Shown in pieces: positions 1 through 7,795 of a stretch of 64,000 nt of DNA (positions are counted from its first letter, which is position 1; the number at the start of each line of letters is the position of its first letter). The DNA is from a virus (lineage: Duplodnaviria; Caudoviricetes): IMG/VR virus record IMGVR_UViG_3300022752_000016; one strand, 5' to 3'. The notes under the pieces are model-generated. The model ran no database searches. It saw only the letters and a program-made list of their open reading frames with translations, and was not told the origin of the DNA. A program made the translations under genes and the position numbers.

Positions 1-1
1 T

Positions 2-997
2 CTAACCTTAGAGCTAAGACTAAACAAGTATGATAACAAGTTCATAAGTAATTTGGCAATGTTATTGTCTAAAAACAGATATGTAACAACTAATCAAAAC
101 AACCTTTTTAACAAACTACTAGTGAAATACAAAAGACAATTATCCAAACATAAAATTAACGTTGATGAAGTTCTACAATTAGAATGGAATACTAAAGTCA
201 TTGAAAGTTTACCTGAATTTACAGAGGCTCATCTTTCAATCGAGAATGATAAGCTCAAGTTAAGGTTACCCTTTAACAAAAAACTAATTGAAAACTTACG
301 ACAAGTAGAGCCTTATTTTAATATAACTTGGAACGTCACAAAGAAATGTTATTATTCTAATTTCTGTACTGATATACTTAAAATAATTATTAACATAATT
401 CCACATTATTATAAACTTAATCTTTCAGGTGAAATTAAACAATATTTACATGTATTAAATGATTACAATGATTGCAAATATTGGGACCCAACTTTAATTA
501 AGCAACCTTCAGGCTACTATATTGTGGCTGCCAATCAATATTTACTTAATGCTATTGAACATATAACCCTTAATAATGAACCACAAACATTGGTTGAACT
601 AAGCAAACATGCTATAATTATTGCTCCCGAGATAACAACTAATGATGATTTTTTAAAGTTTTGTGCAACATATGATGTTAAAATGGAACTTGACAAGTTA
701 CCATTATTACATGATTATTGTAGTATATTGAAAATTAAAAACATTATTTGTAATTACCGTATTGCAAGAATAAGAGAAGTAAGAAACGAAATCGAAAAAG
801 TGTTTGGTACAACCTATAACATTTACTATGAGAAATCAATCAACAATATTACAATGCCACATAATAAAAAAAGTTACCATGGTAAAACAATTGGTTTATA
901 TTATGGTAGTGCAAATGTAGCTATTGATTTAGTACGGTATTACCCAATTGAAAAAATAATAAACATAGTTAACAATAGACCTGTTAATATTAAATGA
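2..997 (+). CDS. Hypothetical protein upstream of helicase, 5'-truncated by the window edge; possible HARP-like motif
   Basis: The frame of the listed 53..997 ORF stays open back to nt 2, so the true start is probably upstream of the window. LRLPFNKKLIENL...WNVTKKCY resembles HARP-type motifs. The stop overlaps the helicase ATG (ATGA). Confidence 0.6.
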   Translation, partial: LTLELRLNKYDNKFISNLAMLLSKNRYVTTNQNNLFNKLLVKYKRQLSKHKINVDEVLQLEWNTKVIESLPEFTEAHLSIENDKLKLRLPFNKKLIENLRQVEPYFNITWNVTKKCYYSNFCTDILKIIINIIPHYYKLNLSGEIKQYLHVLNDYNDCKYWDPTLIKQPSGYYIVAANQYLLNAIEHITLNNEPQTLVELSKHAIIIAPEITTNDDFLKFCATYDVKMELDKLPLLHDYCSILKIKNIICNYRIARIREVRNEIEKVFGTTYNIYYEKSINNITMPHNKKSYHGKTIGLYYGSANVAIDLVRYYPIEKIINIVNNRPVNIK

Positions 998-2448
998 AAA
1001 AATGTAAAATAATCATCAAGGATGAAGTCAATGCTAAGATACAGGATCTTGAATTAGACACACGGAAATTGCTTGTAAAAAAATTTGAGTTTGAAGTACC
1101 AGGTGCAAGATTTCTTCCTAGTGTAAAACTAGGGCGTTGGAATGGCAAATCAAGTTATTTCAGTATATCAGGTGCTACATACATCAACTTGCTACAAGAC
1201 ATTTTGCCTGTACTTGACCAACATGGATACGATATTGATTTAGAGGATTTACGTACCTACTCAACTAATTTCAAATTTGGTCAAGTGTCCGACAACACGT
1301 TTGCCGATAGAAATTGGCCCAAAGGACATACACAAGAAGGCAACCCTATCGTATTACGTGACTATCAGGTAGAAATTATAAACAACTTTTTACAGAATCC
1401 ACAGGCATTGCAAGAAGTAGCGACCGGGGCAGGCAAAACAATTATGACTGCTGCCTTAAGTAAAACAGTAGAACAATATGGCAGGTCTATTGTTATTGTA
1501 CCCAATAAAAGTTTAGTTACACAAACCGAAGAAGATTACATTAACATGGGATTAGATGCAGGTGTATACTTTGGTGATCGTAAAGAGTTTGGGAAACAGC
1601 ATACCATATGTACTTGGCAAAGCTTAAACAACCTACTTAAAGACACTAAAAATGGAAATGCAGATATTACTATTGCTGAATTTTTAGAAGATGTAATTTG
1701 TGTGATTGTTGATGAGGTGCATATGGCAAAAGCTGATGCCCTAAAACAATTGTTGACTAGTGTGATGAGTCATATTCCTATAAGATGGGGGTTGACAGGT
1801 ACAGTACCAAAAGCAGACCATGATAGATTAAGCATAGTTGTAAGTTTGGGACCTGTTATTAATAAATTAGCAGCTGCCGAGTTACAAGAAAAAGGTGTGT
1901 TGGCACGATGCCATGTTAATATCGTGCAGTTTAAGGATGATGTAGAGTTTAAAAACTACCAAAGTGAATTAAAATATCTATTAGAAAATGAAAAACGATT
2001 AGACACCATAGCAAATTTAGTAAATAAAATAAGTGAATCTGGAAATACATTGGTGTTGGTGGATAGGGTATTACCAGGCAAACAGTTAGTAGAGAAAATT
2101 ACTGACAGTGTGTTTATCAGTGGCGAAACCAAACTTGTAGAAAGGAAAGAAGAATATGACCAAGTGGCGACGGCATCAAATAAAGTTATTGTTGCCACCT
2201 ACGGTGTGGCAGCAGTTGGGATCAATATTCCTCGCATTTTTAATTTGGTTCTTATTGAGCCTGGCAAGTCCTTTGTACGTGTTATACAAAGTATTGGAAG
2301 AGGCATACGTAAAGCGGAAGATAAAGACTTTGTACAAATTTGGGACGTAACCAGTAATTGTAAGTTTAGCAAACGTCATTTAACACAACGTAAAACATTT
2401 TACAATGAAGCCAATTATCCTTTCTCATTGGAAAAATTAAGCTATTGA
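994..2448 (+). CDS. uvsW: Superfamily 2 DNA helicase, UvsW-like
   Basis: Q-motif LRDYQ, Walker A ATGAGKT, DEVH box, motif III GLTGT, ATYGVAAVGINIP and motif VI QSIGRGIR. Confidence 0.88.
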   Translation: MKKCKIIIKDEVNAKIQDLELDTRKLLVKKFEFEVPGARFLPSVKLGRWNGKSSYFSISGATYINLLQDILPVLDQHGYDIDLEDLRTYSTNFKFGQVSDNTFADRNWPKGHTQEGNPIVLRDYQVEIINNFLQNPQALQEVATGAGKTIMTAALSKTVEQYGRSIVIVPNKSLVTQTEEDYINMGLDAGVYFGDRKEFGKQHTICTWQSLNNLLKDTKNGNADITIAEFLEDVICVIVDEVHMAKADALKQLLTSVMSHIPIRWGLTGTVPKADHDRLSIVVSLGPVINKLAAAELQEKGVLARCHVNIVQFKDDVEFKNYQSELKYLLENEKRLDTIANLVNKISESGNTLVLVDRVLPGKQLVEKITDSVFISGETKLVERKEEYDQVATASNKVIVATYGVAAVGINIPRIFNLVLIEPGKSFVRVIQSIGRGIRKAEDKDFVQIWDVTSNCKFSKRHLTQRKTFYNEANYPFSLEKLSY

Positions 2449-2473
2449 CAAACATATACAAACATGTTAATAT
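2445..2473 (+). promoter_or_regulatory. sigma70-type promoter with extended -10; ATG 6 nt downstream
   Basis: TTGACA (2445-50), 17-nt spacer, TG-n-TAATAT (2465-73), then 6 nt to the ATG at 2480. Confidence 0.7.
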
Positions 2474-2479
2474 AATACT

Positions 2480-2980
2480 ATGAGAATACTATTACTTGAT
2501 GACAACAGTTACAACCTAGAAACATTACCAGAAGAAATTGATGACTTACGATTTGCGATATTAGATAATAGCAACCCAAATAATGTTGATTATTACTTTA
2601 TTCCATTAGTATTTTTGGAATCGTTTAACAGTCCTGCATTAGTTCTACAGATTGGTGATCGTACTATAAAAATGCCCGTTGATTGGCAAATATTAATTGG
2701 AGAAAAAGATCATGGTGACTTAGAAACATTACCATTGTCAAGTTTAAATGATCGTGGATTCAGCGCATTTCAATTTAACCCAATAAGCAGTTTTAGCCCA
2801 GGTTTCTTGCCTGTAGAAATCATTGACATTTACAATGATGTTACTTGGTATGCACCTAGGCTACGTAATGGGCAATTTTTAAGCGTACCTATTGAAGATG
2901 GGCCTAAACCCCGATGTATATATTTTGTAAAAGAAATAAGCAGAAATTGTGAAATTGTAGATTATAGTCAAGTGTTTTAA
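2480..2980 (+). CDS. Conserved hypothetical protein, possibly a degenerate Hint-fold
   Basis: Clean 166-aa ORF. The hydrophobic pattern follows intein blocks A/B/F, but catalytic residues are absent (see findings). Confidence 0.6.
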   Translation: MRILLLDDNSYNLETLPEEIDDLRFAILDNSNPNNVDYYFIPLVFLESFNSPALVLQIGDRTIKMPVDWQILIGEKDHGDLETLPLSSLNDRGFSAFQFNPISSFSPGFLPVEIIDIYNDVTWYAPRLRNGQFLSVPIEDGPKPRCIYFVKEISRNCEIVDYSQVF

Positions 2981-3561
2981 TGAAAAAAACAATACCAACT
3001 GATGAAAAGTTAGAGAAACAAGACTTTGACTTGTTTGAAGCTGTTACTGCCATAGATAAAAAAGACTATGGTTATTACGATAGATTGAATGAAGAACAAA
3101 AGAAAAAGTTTGTGCCCTTTATGTTGTTACATTGGATCAGTGCGGTAAAAGGTAATAGAGATTTACAAGGGTATTATTTAATGAGTACCGAGCATCATGC
3201 AAACAAATATCTTTTTAATGAGAACATACAAAAGAACCCAAAATTACAATGGTTGATGCTATGTGCAAGTAGTCCAGGTATTGGAAAACAATTCCATCAA
3301 TATATTCCGCATATTAAAGATCGTGTTGCAAAACTACGTGATATAGCAAAACAAAAAGATATAGAGGAATATTTCAAAAAAATCTACAAAACAGATGATA
3401 ATACGTTAAAAGAAATGTCTGAGTTATATGTACAAAATCAAAAACGTAAGGTTTATTTGGCTAACAAATTTCCTCATCTAAAAATAGATGATATTGATTT
3501 ATTAAATGAACTAATTACAGACAATGAAATAGAGCAGTATGAGCGAGACAGTGGAAATTAA
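2980..3561 (+). CDS. Putative clamp-loader small subunit (T4 gp62-like)
   Basis: KKFVPFMLLHWIS...ANKYLF...KLQWLML resembles the gp62 pattern (xSPFMxNRxLS...MN...QYxxL). It lies in the replication operon, and a gp44-like partner is at 59023. Confidence 0.45.
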   Translation: MKKTIPTDEKLEKQDFDLFEAVTAIDKKDYGYYDRLNEEQKKKFVPFMLLHWISAVKGNRDLQGYYLMSTEHHANKYLFNENIQKNPKLQWLMLCASSPGIGKQFHQYIPHIKDRVAKLRDIAKQKDIEEYFKKIYKTDDNTLKEMSELYVQNQKRKVYLANKFPHLKIDDIDLLNELITDNEIEQYERDSGN

Positions 3562-4231
3562 ATTCGGGTGTGAATTTTGTAATCGTACTTTTTTACGTGA
3601 AAGTACGATTGCCAAACATATCTGTGAATATAAACATCGTTGGCAAGAAAAAGATAAACGAGGTAACCAAATTGGTTTTCAGGGTTGGCTACATTTTTAC
3701 AAAAGAAATACTGCTACAACAAAACAAAGAACCTATTTAGACTTTATTAAAAGCAGTTATTATATTGCATTCGCTAAGTTTGGTAACTATTGCGTTGACG
3801 TAAACGTAATTAATGTACAACGGTATATAGATTGGCTACTAAAAAATAAAATACGTATTGATGTTTGGAACCACGATACCAATTACAGTAAATTTTTAAT
3901 TGAATATTTGCGTAATGAAGATCCATTAGATGCAATACATCGTAGTGTAGAATCTACTATTCTACTAGCAAGTGAAGAAAGGGTATTGCCTAAGGATATA
4001 TTAAGATATGGTAATAAAAATAAAATATGTTATCATGTTACTACAGGAAAGATTAGTCCATGGATGTTATACCAATGTGACAGCGGACTAAAGTTTATAG
4101 ATAGTTTAGATGAATCACAAGTAAAAATGATTATTAACTATATTGATCCTGAAAAATGGGCTATAAAATTTAAAAGAAATTCTGATATTGTAACATCAGT
4201 AAAGGAAATTTTAAATGCAGGGCAGTACTAA
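3539..4231 (+). CDS. Zinc-finger protein, function unknown
   Basis: N-terminal CEFC-x12-H-I-C finger; overlaps both neighbouring genes. Confidence 0.7.
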   Translation: MSETVEIKFGCEFCNRTFLRESTIAKHICEYKHRWQEKDKRGNQIGFQGWLHFYKRNTATTKQRTYLDFIKSSYYIAFAKFGNYCVDVNVINVQRYIDWLLKNKIRIDVWNHDTNYSKFLIEYLRNEDPLDAIHRSVESTILLASEERVLPKDILRYGNKNKICYHVTTGKISPWMLYQCDSGLKFIDSLDESQVKMIINYIDPEKWAIKFKRNSDIVTSVKEILNAGQY

Positions 4232-4427
4232 TAATTTTCCACATACTATAAGATTACATTGGAGACTAGGTGACAAAATAGAAGATTGGGATACTAAGTG
4301 TATTTGGGTAATAGAAACATTTGGCAAACCTGGAGTTAATTATATTACCCACGCAACTGATGATTTTATGGATTTTATGTTTAAATACGAAAAGGATGCT
4401 ATATTTTTTTCGTTAAAATGTTTATAG
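4215..4427 (+). CDS. Small paralogue 1 (W-x3-4-FG...F-x-L-x-W-like family)
   Basis: WVIETFG...FMFKYEKDAIFFSLKC; overlaps its neighbours. Confidence 0.7.
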   Translation: MQGSTNNFPHTIRLHWRLGDKIEDWDTKCIWVIETFGKPGVNYITHATDDFMDFMFKYEKDAIFFSLKCL

Positions 4428-4618
4428 AAAAAGCTAGAGTAAGATTAATTAATCATAATCAATTTACTGAGATAATATTATGGTGTACACAATTTATTGG
4501 CGAAGAAAACACAAACTGGTATTGGACATACGTAAATGATAGTGTATTTGATTCAATGATTGATTTTGTTTTTAGTAAAGAAGAATATGCCAATTTATTT
4601 GCATTAAGATGGCTATGA
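4418..4618 (+). CDS. Small paralogue 2
   Basis: WCTQFIG...W...FVFSKEEYANLFALRW. Confidence 0.7.
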   Translation: MFIEKARVRLINHNQFTEIILWCTQFIGEENTNWYWTYVNDSVFDSMIDFVFSKEEYANLFALRWL

Positions 4619-4866
4619 TGCTACATTACTTTGATTTTAGACGAGGGTTCGACAATGATAAACCAAATTGGTTTATTTGCAACATTGAAAACTACAATAA
4701 TGACATGTTTGAATTTATGGATAGATGTGAGACAATGATAGATTGGGTATATAGTGAGTTAGATATGCCTGAACGTCATTGTCGTTGGACTTGTCACAGT
4801 AATAATTTTACAATAAAGTTTAGATATTTACATCATTTGAATTGGTTTAATTTACGTTGGAAATAA
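4609..4866 (+). CDS. Small paralogue 3
   Basis: DWVYSEL...RW...IKFRYLHHLNWFNLRW. Confidence 0.7.
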   Translation: MAMMLHYFDFRRGFDNDKPNWFICNIENYNNDMFEFMDRCETMIDWVYSELDMPERHCRWTCHSNNFTIKFRYLHHLNWFNLRWK

Positions 4867-5178
4867 ATGAAAAATTTTAAGATAATTAAGTTAGATAAAC
4901 GTTTTAAAGGATATGGTCACTTTAAATACGGTGTGACCACTAATTTCGAGTATACATTCTGTGAAATGCGTGAATGGTGTTGGACTACATTTGGACCAAG
5001 CAAAGAAATTGGGTATTGGCTAGATGATACAGACTTTAGAATTCATTATATGGCTAAACCAAAAACTATAGTACATCATAATGAACATTGGTCTTGGCAC
5101 AGTGAAGATTTAAATTTTAATAAGATTTTTTTACGATCAGAAAAAGAACTTGTATTGTTTAAGCTAAGGTTTGAATAA
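4867..5178 (+). CDS. Small paralogue 4
   Basis: EWCWTTFGP...WSW...IFLRSEKELVLFKLRF. Confidence 0.7.
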   Translation: MKNFKIIKLDKRFKGYGHFKYGVTTNFEYTFCEMREWCWTTFGPSKEIGYWLDDTDFRIHYMAKPKTIVHHNEHWSWHSEDLNFNKIFLRSEKELVLFKLRFE

Positions 5179-5396
5179 TGGTTGATACTTCTTTTAAAAC
5201 AAGAAAAGGCACAGGATATACCTACGATTGCAAAGGTAGAAAAGAAAATCCAACACATATTGTTAAATGGTGTAGAAATAATTTCGGTGAGCGTGGTAAA
5301 GGTTGGGACTTTTACACGGTACAAGGGAATGTCCATATTGAAATTTGGGATAGCAAATATAAAATGATGTATGAACTTTGGAAATATAATGTATAA
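5178..5396 (+). CDS. Small paralogue 5
   Basis: KWCRNNFGE...WDF...IEIWDSKYKMMYELW. Confidence 0.65.
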   Translation: MVDTSFKTRKGTGYTYDCKGRKENPTHIVKWCRNNFGERGKGWDFYTVQGNVHIEIWDSKYKMMYELWKYNV

Positions 5397-5952
5397 TCAT
5401 GTAATGATTGATATGGAAACGTTAAGCACAGATCCAAACTGTGTAATATTAACAATAGGTGCTGTAAAATTTAATCCAAGGAGTACAGGTGTAATTAAAA
5501 AATTAGAATTAAGACCTACTGTTGATGAACAAATTGAAATTCATAATAGGACAATTAACGATGATACTTTACGCTGGTGGTCTGAGCAAAGCCCTGAAGC
5601 ACTTGAAGAAGCATTGGGAGACAGGGGAAGGCAATCATTTAAAGAGTGCATGGATATACTTTACAAGTTTTGTTGGAACTGTGATGCTGTTTGGAGCAAT
5701 GGTGCATCATTTGATATTGTTGTTGCTGAAACCGCATTTAGGCAAACTCTCATTGATCGCCCTAATCCTATTCCTTGGCCTTTTTATGCTATTAGAGATA
5801 CTAGGACTTTATACGAAATTGCGGGAGTCAAACTTAAAGATGGAGGTTACGTTACCACACACAAAGCAGTAGAAGATGCAGAACGTCAAGCAATTGTTGT
5901 ACAACAAGCGTATACTAAGTTAATTAAAGCAGGATTGTATGCGAATAAGTAG
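5389..5952 (+). CDS. DEDDh 3'-5' exonuclease (Rv2179c/DnaQ-like)
   Basis: Exo I MIDMET, Exo II WSNGASFD, RDTRT and Exo III H-KAVED. The ATG at 5389 overlaps the upstream stop and is preferred over 5371. Confidence 0.85.
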   Translation: MYNHVMIDMETLSTDPNCVILTIGAVKFNPRSTGVIKKLELRPTVDEQIEIHNRTINDDTLRWWSEQSPEALEEALGDRGRQSFKECMDILYKFCWNCDAVWSNGASFDIVVAETAFRQTLIDRPNPIPWPFYAIRDTRTLYEIAGVKLKDGGYVTTHKAVEDAERQAIVVQQAYTKLIKAGLYANK

Positions 5953-6523
5953 TGATATTGATATTGATTTGGCAGATCGTGAGTCACTATTAAAATTAAT
6001 AGAACATATTCCTGCATCAATAAGAAAAAACAATACAGTAAAAAAACATCCAACTGGTGTTTATGTAACAGATATACCATATGATCCAATTAACAACATG
6101 TCAGCATTGGATTATGAAATAGCAGAAAATAGAGGATATTTTAAACTTGATTTTTTAAATGTACATGTATATGGAAAAATTAAAGATGAGCAACATTTAA
6201 TAAACTTAATGTGCGAACCTAATTGGACAAATTTGTATAAAAAAGATTTTGTTGAAAAATTAATACATATTAATAATCAATTTGACATATTATTAAAAAT
6301 GCCAGAGCCTATCGATAGTATACCTAAATTAGCTATGTTTTTGGCAATTATTCGACCTGGTAAACGACATTTAATTGGTAAAACATTTGATGTAATTGAA
6401 AAAAGTGTTTGGGATAAAGTAGATGATAGTTATTATTTCAAAAAAAGTCATAGTTACAGTTATGCACAATTAGTTGTTGTGCATATGAATTTGCTTGATG
6501 AATCAAATAACTTTTTTAACTAG
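5939..6523 (+). CDS. dnaE: DNA polymerase III alpha (C-family) catalytic fragment, minimal C-terminal half
   Basis: DIDID, KHPTGVYV, GYFKLDFL, LAIIRPG and YYFKKSHSYSYA match DnaE DFDVD, KHAGGVVI, GLVKFDFL, VALFRPG and YGFNKSHSAAYA in order. Confidence 0.85.
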   Translation: MRISSDIDIDLADRESLLKLIEHIPASIRKNNTVKKHPTGVYVTDIPYDPINNMSALDYEIAENRGYFKLDFLNVHVYGKIKDEQHLINLMCEPNWTNLYKKDFVEKLIHINNQFDILLKMPEPIDSIPKLAMFLAIIRPGKRHLIGKTFDVIEKSVWDKVDDSYYFKKSHSYSYAQLVVVHMNLLDESNNFFN

Positions 6524-6883
6524 TGTTATACTACGCCTTTTTAATCTACGCTTATTTAAATCTTGTAAAGAACAAACAGGACCATGTAAAATAGTAAGAC
6601 TTTTTGTATTAAATGTGCGTAAAAATATTTTAAATGATGTCCATTCATCCTTTAAAAAAAGATTAATTGGTATTAATCTATTACTTTCCCACCACCAAAC
6701 CTCACCTAGCATTAAAAATCTGCTTTTTTCATCTCTATCAATTATTGCACCATAATCATACAATGTAGTCACAATGTCATCACTATTTTGGATTATTCCA
6801 ACATATTCTTGATTTGCATAGGATACAACAGACATAAAAGGGTGTGTATCACTTAATTTTTTTAAAAAATCATTATTAATCAT
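6503..6883 (-). CDS. Conserved hypothetical protein with basic C-terminus
   Basis: Clean 126-aa ORF with WWWESNRLIPINLFL and a KRRLKRR tail; converges on and overlaps the end of the dnaE fragment. Confidence 0.7.
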   Translation of the reverse strand: MINNDFLKKLSDTHPFMSVVSYANQEYVGIIQNSDDIVTTLYDYGAIIDRDEKSRFLMLGEVWWWESNRLIPINLFLKDEWTSFKIFLRTFNTKSLTILHGPVCSLQDLNKRRLKRRSITLVKKVI

Positions 6884-6942
6884 TATTTTATAAGTCCAAA
6901 TATATTTACACCAATTTTACCATATTTTATATTTTGATAATC

Positions 6943-6949
6943 ATAAATA
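6943..6949 (+). promoter_or_regulatory. Putative T4-like late promoter ATAAATA
   Basis: Intergenic; followed by the SD AGGAG and the 6968 gene. Confidence 0.55.
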
Positions 6950-6967
6950 AGTATAGGAGCATTAAAT

Positions 6968-7750
6968 GTGTATTCAACATCTGTTTTTTATTATACTCAA
7001 CGTCAAATCGTTGTTTTATTATCAGGATATTCACCGAGAAGATATATGCCAGTTTATGCCAAACCATTAACCCTTAATAAGGGTGTAGATAATCAAATAC
7101 AATTTCAATTTTTAAATCAAGAACAAAAGCCGATTGATATTACTGGCAAAACAATTACGTGTAGAATATTAAACAATGCTGGAAATAAGGTTTTATTACG
7201 AAAGTCACTTACATTACAATTACCAGCTACAGGTATAGCAGCATTGATGTTAAATGCAGCGGAGCTTGAAAACATCGATGCACAAAAAGGTTATTATAGT
7301 TTGGAAATTCCAGTTGGTGAATTTGATTATCCTGTATTTGTTGATCAAAATGCGGGTGCACGTGGCGATGTGAATATTGTTAATAGTGTATTACCAAATT
7401 TTGTTCCAAGTCAAGAAGTTACAATACCAACTGGTCAACCTTTTCCAAATCTTGATGCCAATAATAGTATAAGTAATGTATTACCAAATGCTAATACATA
7501 TTACAGTAGTATTATTAATACACAGGATAATCCTATACTAACAATTCAAGCAAAATTAACTGAATATAACGGAGATGTTATAATTGAAGGTACTGTAAAT
7601 CAACAAGCCACAGATTGGTATCCAATTACAACATCTGTTTATTCAAATAATTCAAATACACATGGATGGACTATTCATGGATATCACCCATTTGTACGTA
7701 TGGTATTTATCAGCAATACAGGTATTGTTAGCGATATTTTAGCCAGATAA
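6968..7750 (+). CDS. Putative virion structural protein (beta-rich, BppU-N/Ig-like)
   Basis: KGVDNQIQFQFLNQEQKPIDITGKT-type pattern; late promoter and SD upstream. Confidence 0.5.
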   Translation: MYSTSVFYYTQRQIVVLLSGYSPRRYMPVYAKPLTLNKGVDNQIQFQFLNQEQKPIDITGKTITCRILNNAGNKVLLRKSLTLQLPATGIAALMLNAAELENIDAQKGYYSLEIPVGEFDYPVFVDQNAGARGDVNIVNSVLPNFVPSQEVTIPTGQPFPNLDANNSISNVLPNANTYYSSIINTQDNPILTIQAKLTEYNGDVIIEGTVNQQATDWYPITTSVYSNNSNTHGWTIHGYHPFVRMVFISNTGIVSDILAR

Positions 7751-7760
7751 GCCAACTTAG

Positions 7761-7789
7761 TTGTAATTAAGTCATATTTTTGTTAATAT
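7761..7789 (+). promoter_or_regulatory. sigma70-type promoter with extended -10; ATG 6 nt downstream
   Basis: TTGTAA, 17-nt spacer, TG-n-TAATAT (7781-89), then 6 nt to the primase ATG at 7796. Confidence 0.65.
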
Positions 7790-7795
7790 TTTCAG

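Noticed and set aside
3539-4231. gp59 helicase-loader assignment for the zinc-finger protein
   Set aside because: There is only a faint resemblance around GKISPW, which is insufficient without a profile search.
5939-6523. Split-intein-mediated trans-splicing of the polymerase halves (Synechocystis DnaE style)
   Set aside because: The N-half ends in FFKGENL with no Cys-initiated intein N-part. The C-half starts directly at MRISSDIDID with no His-Asn/Cys junction.
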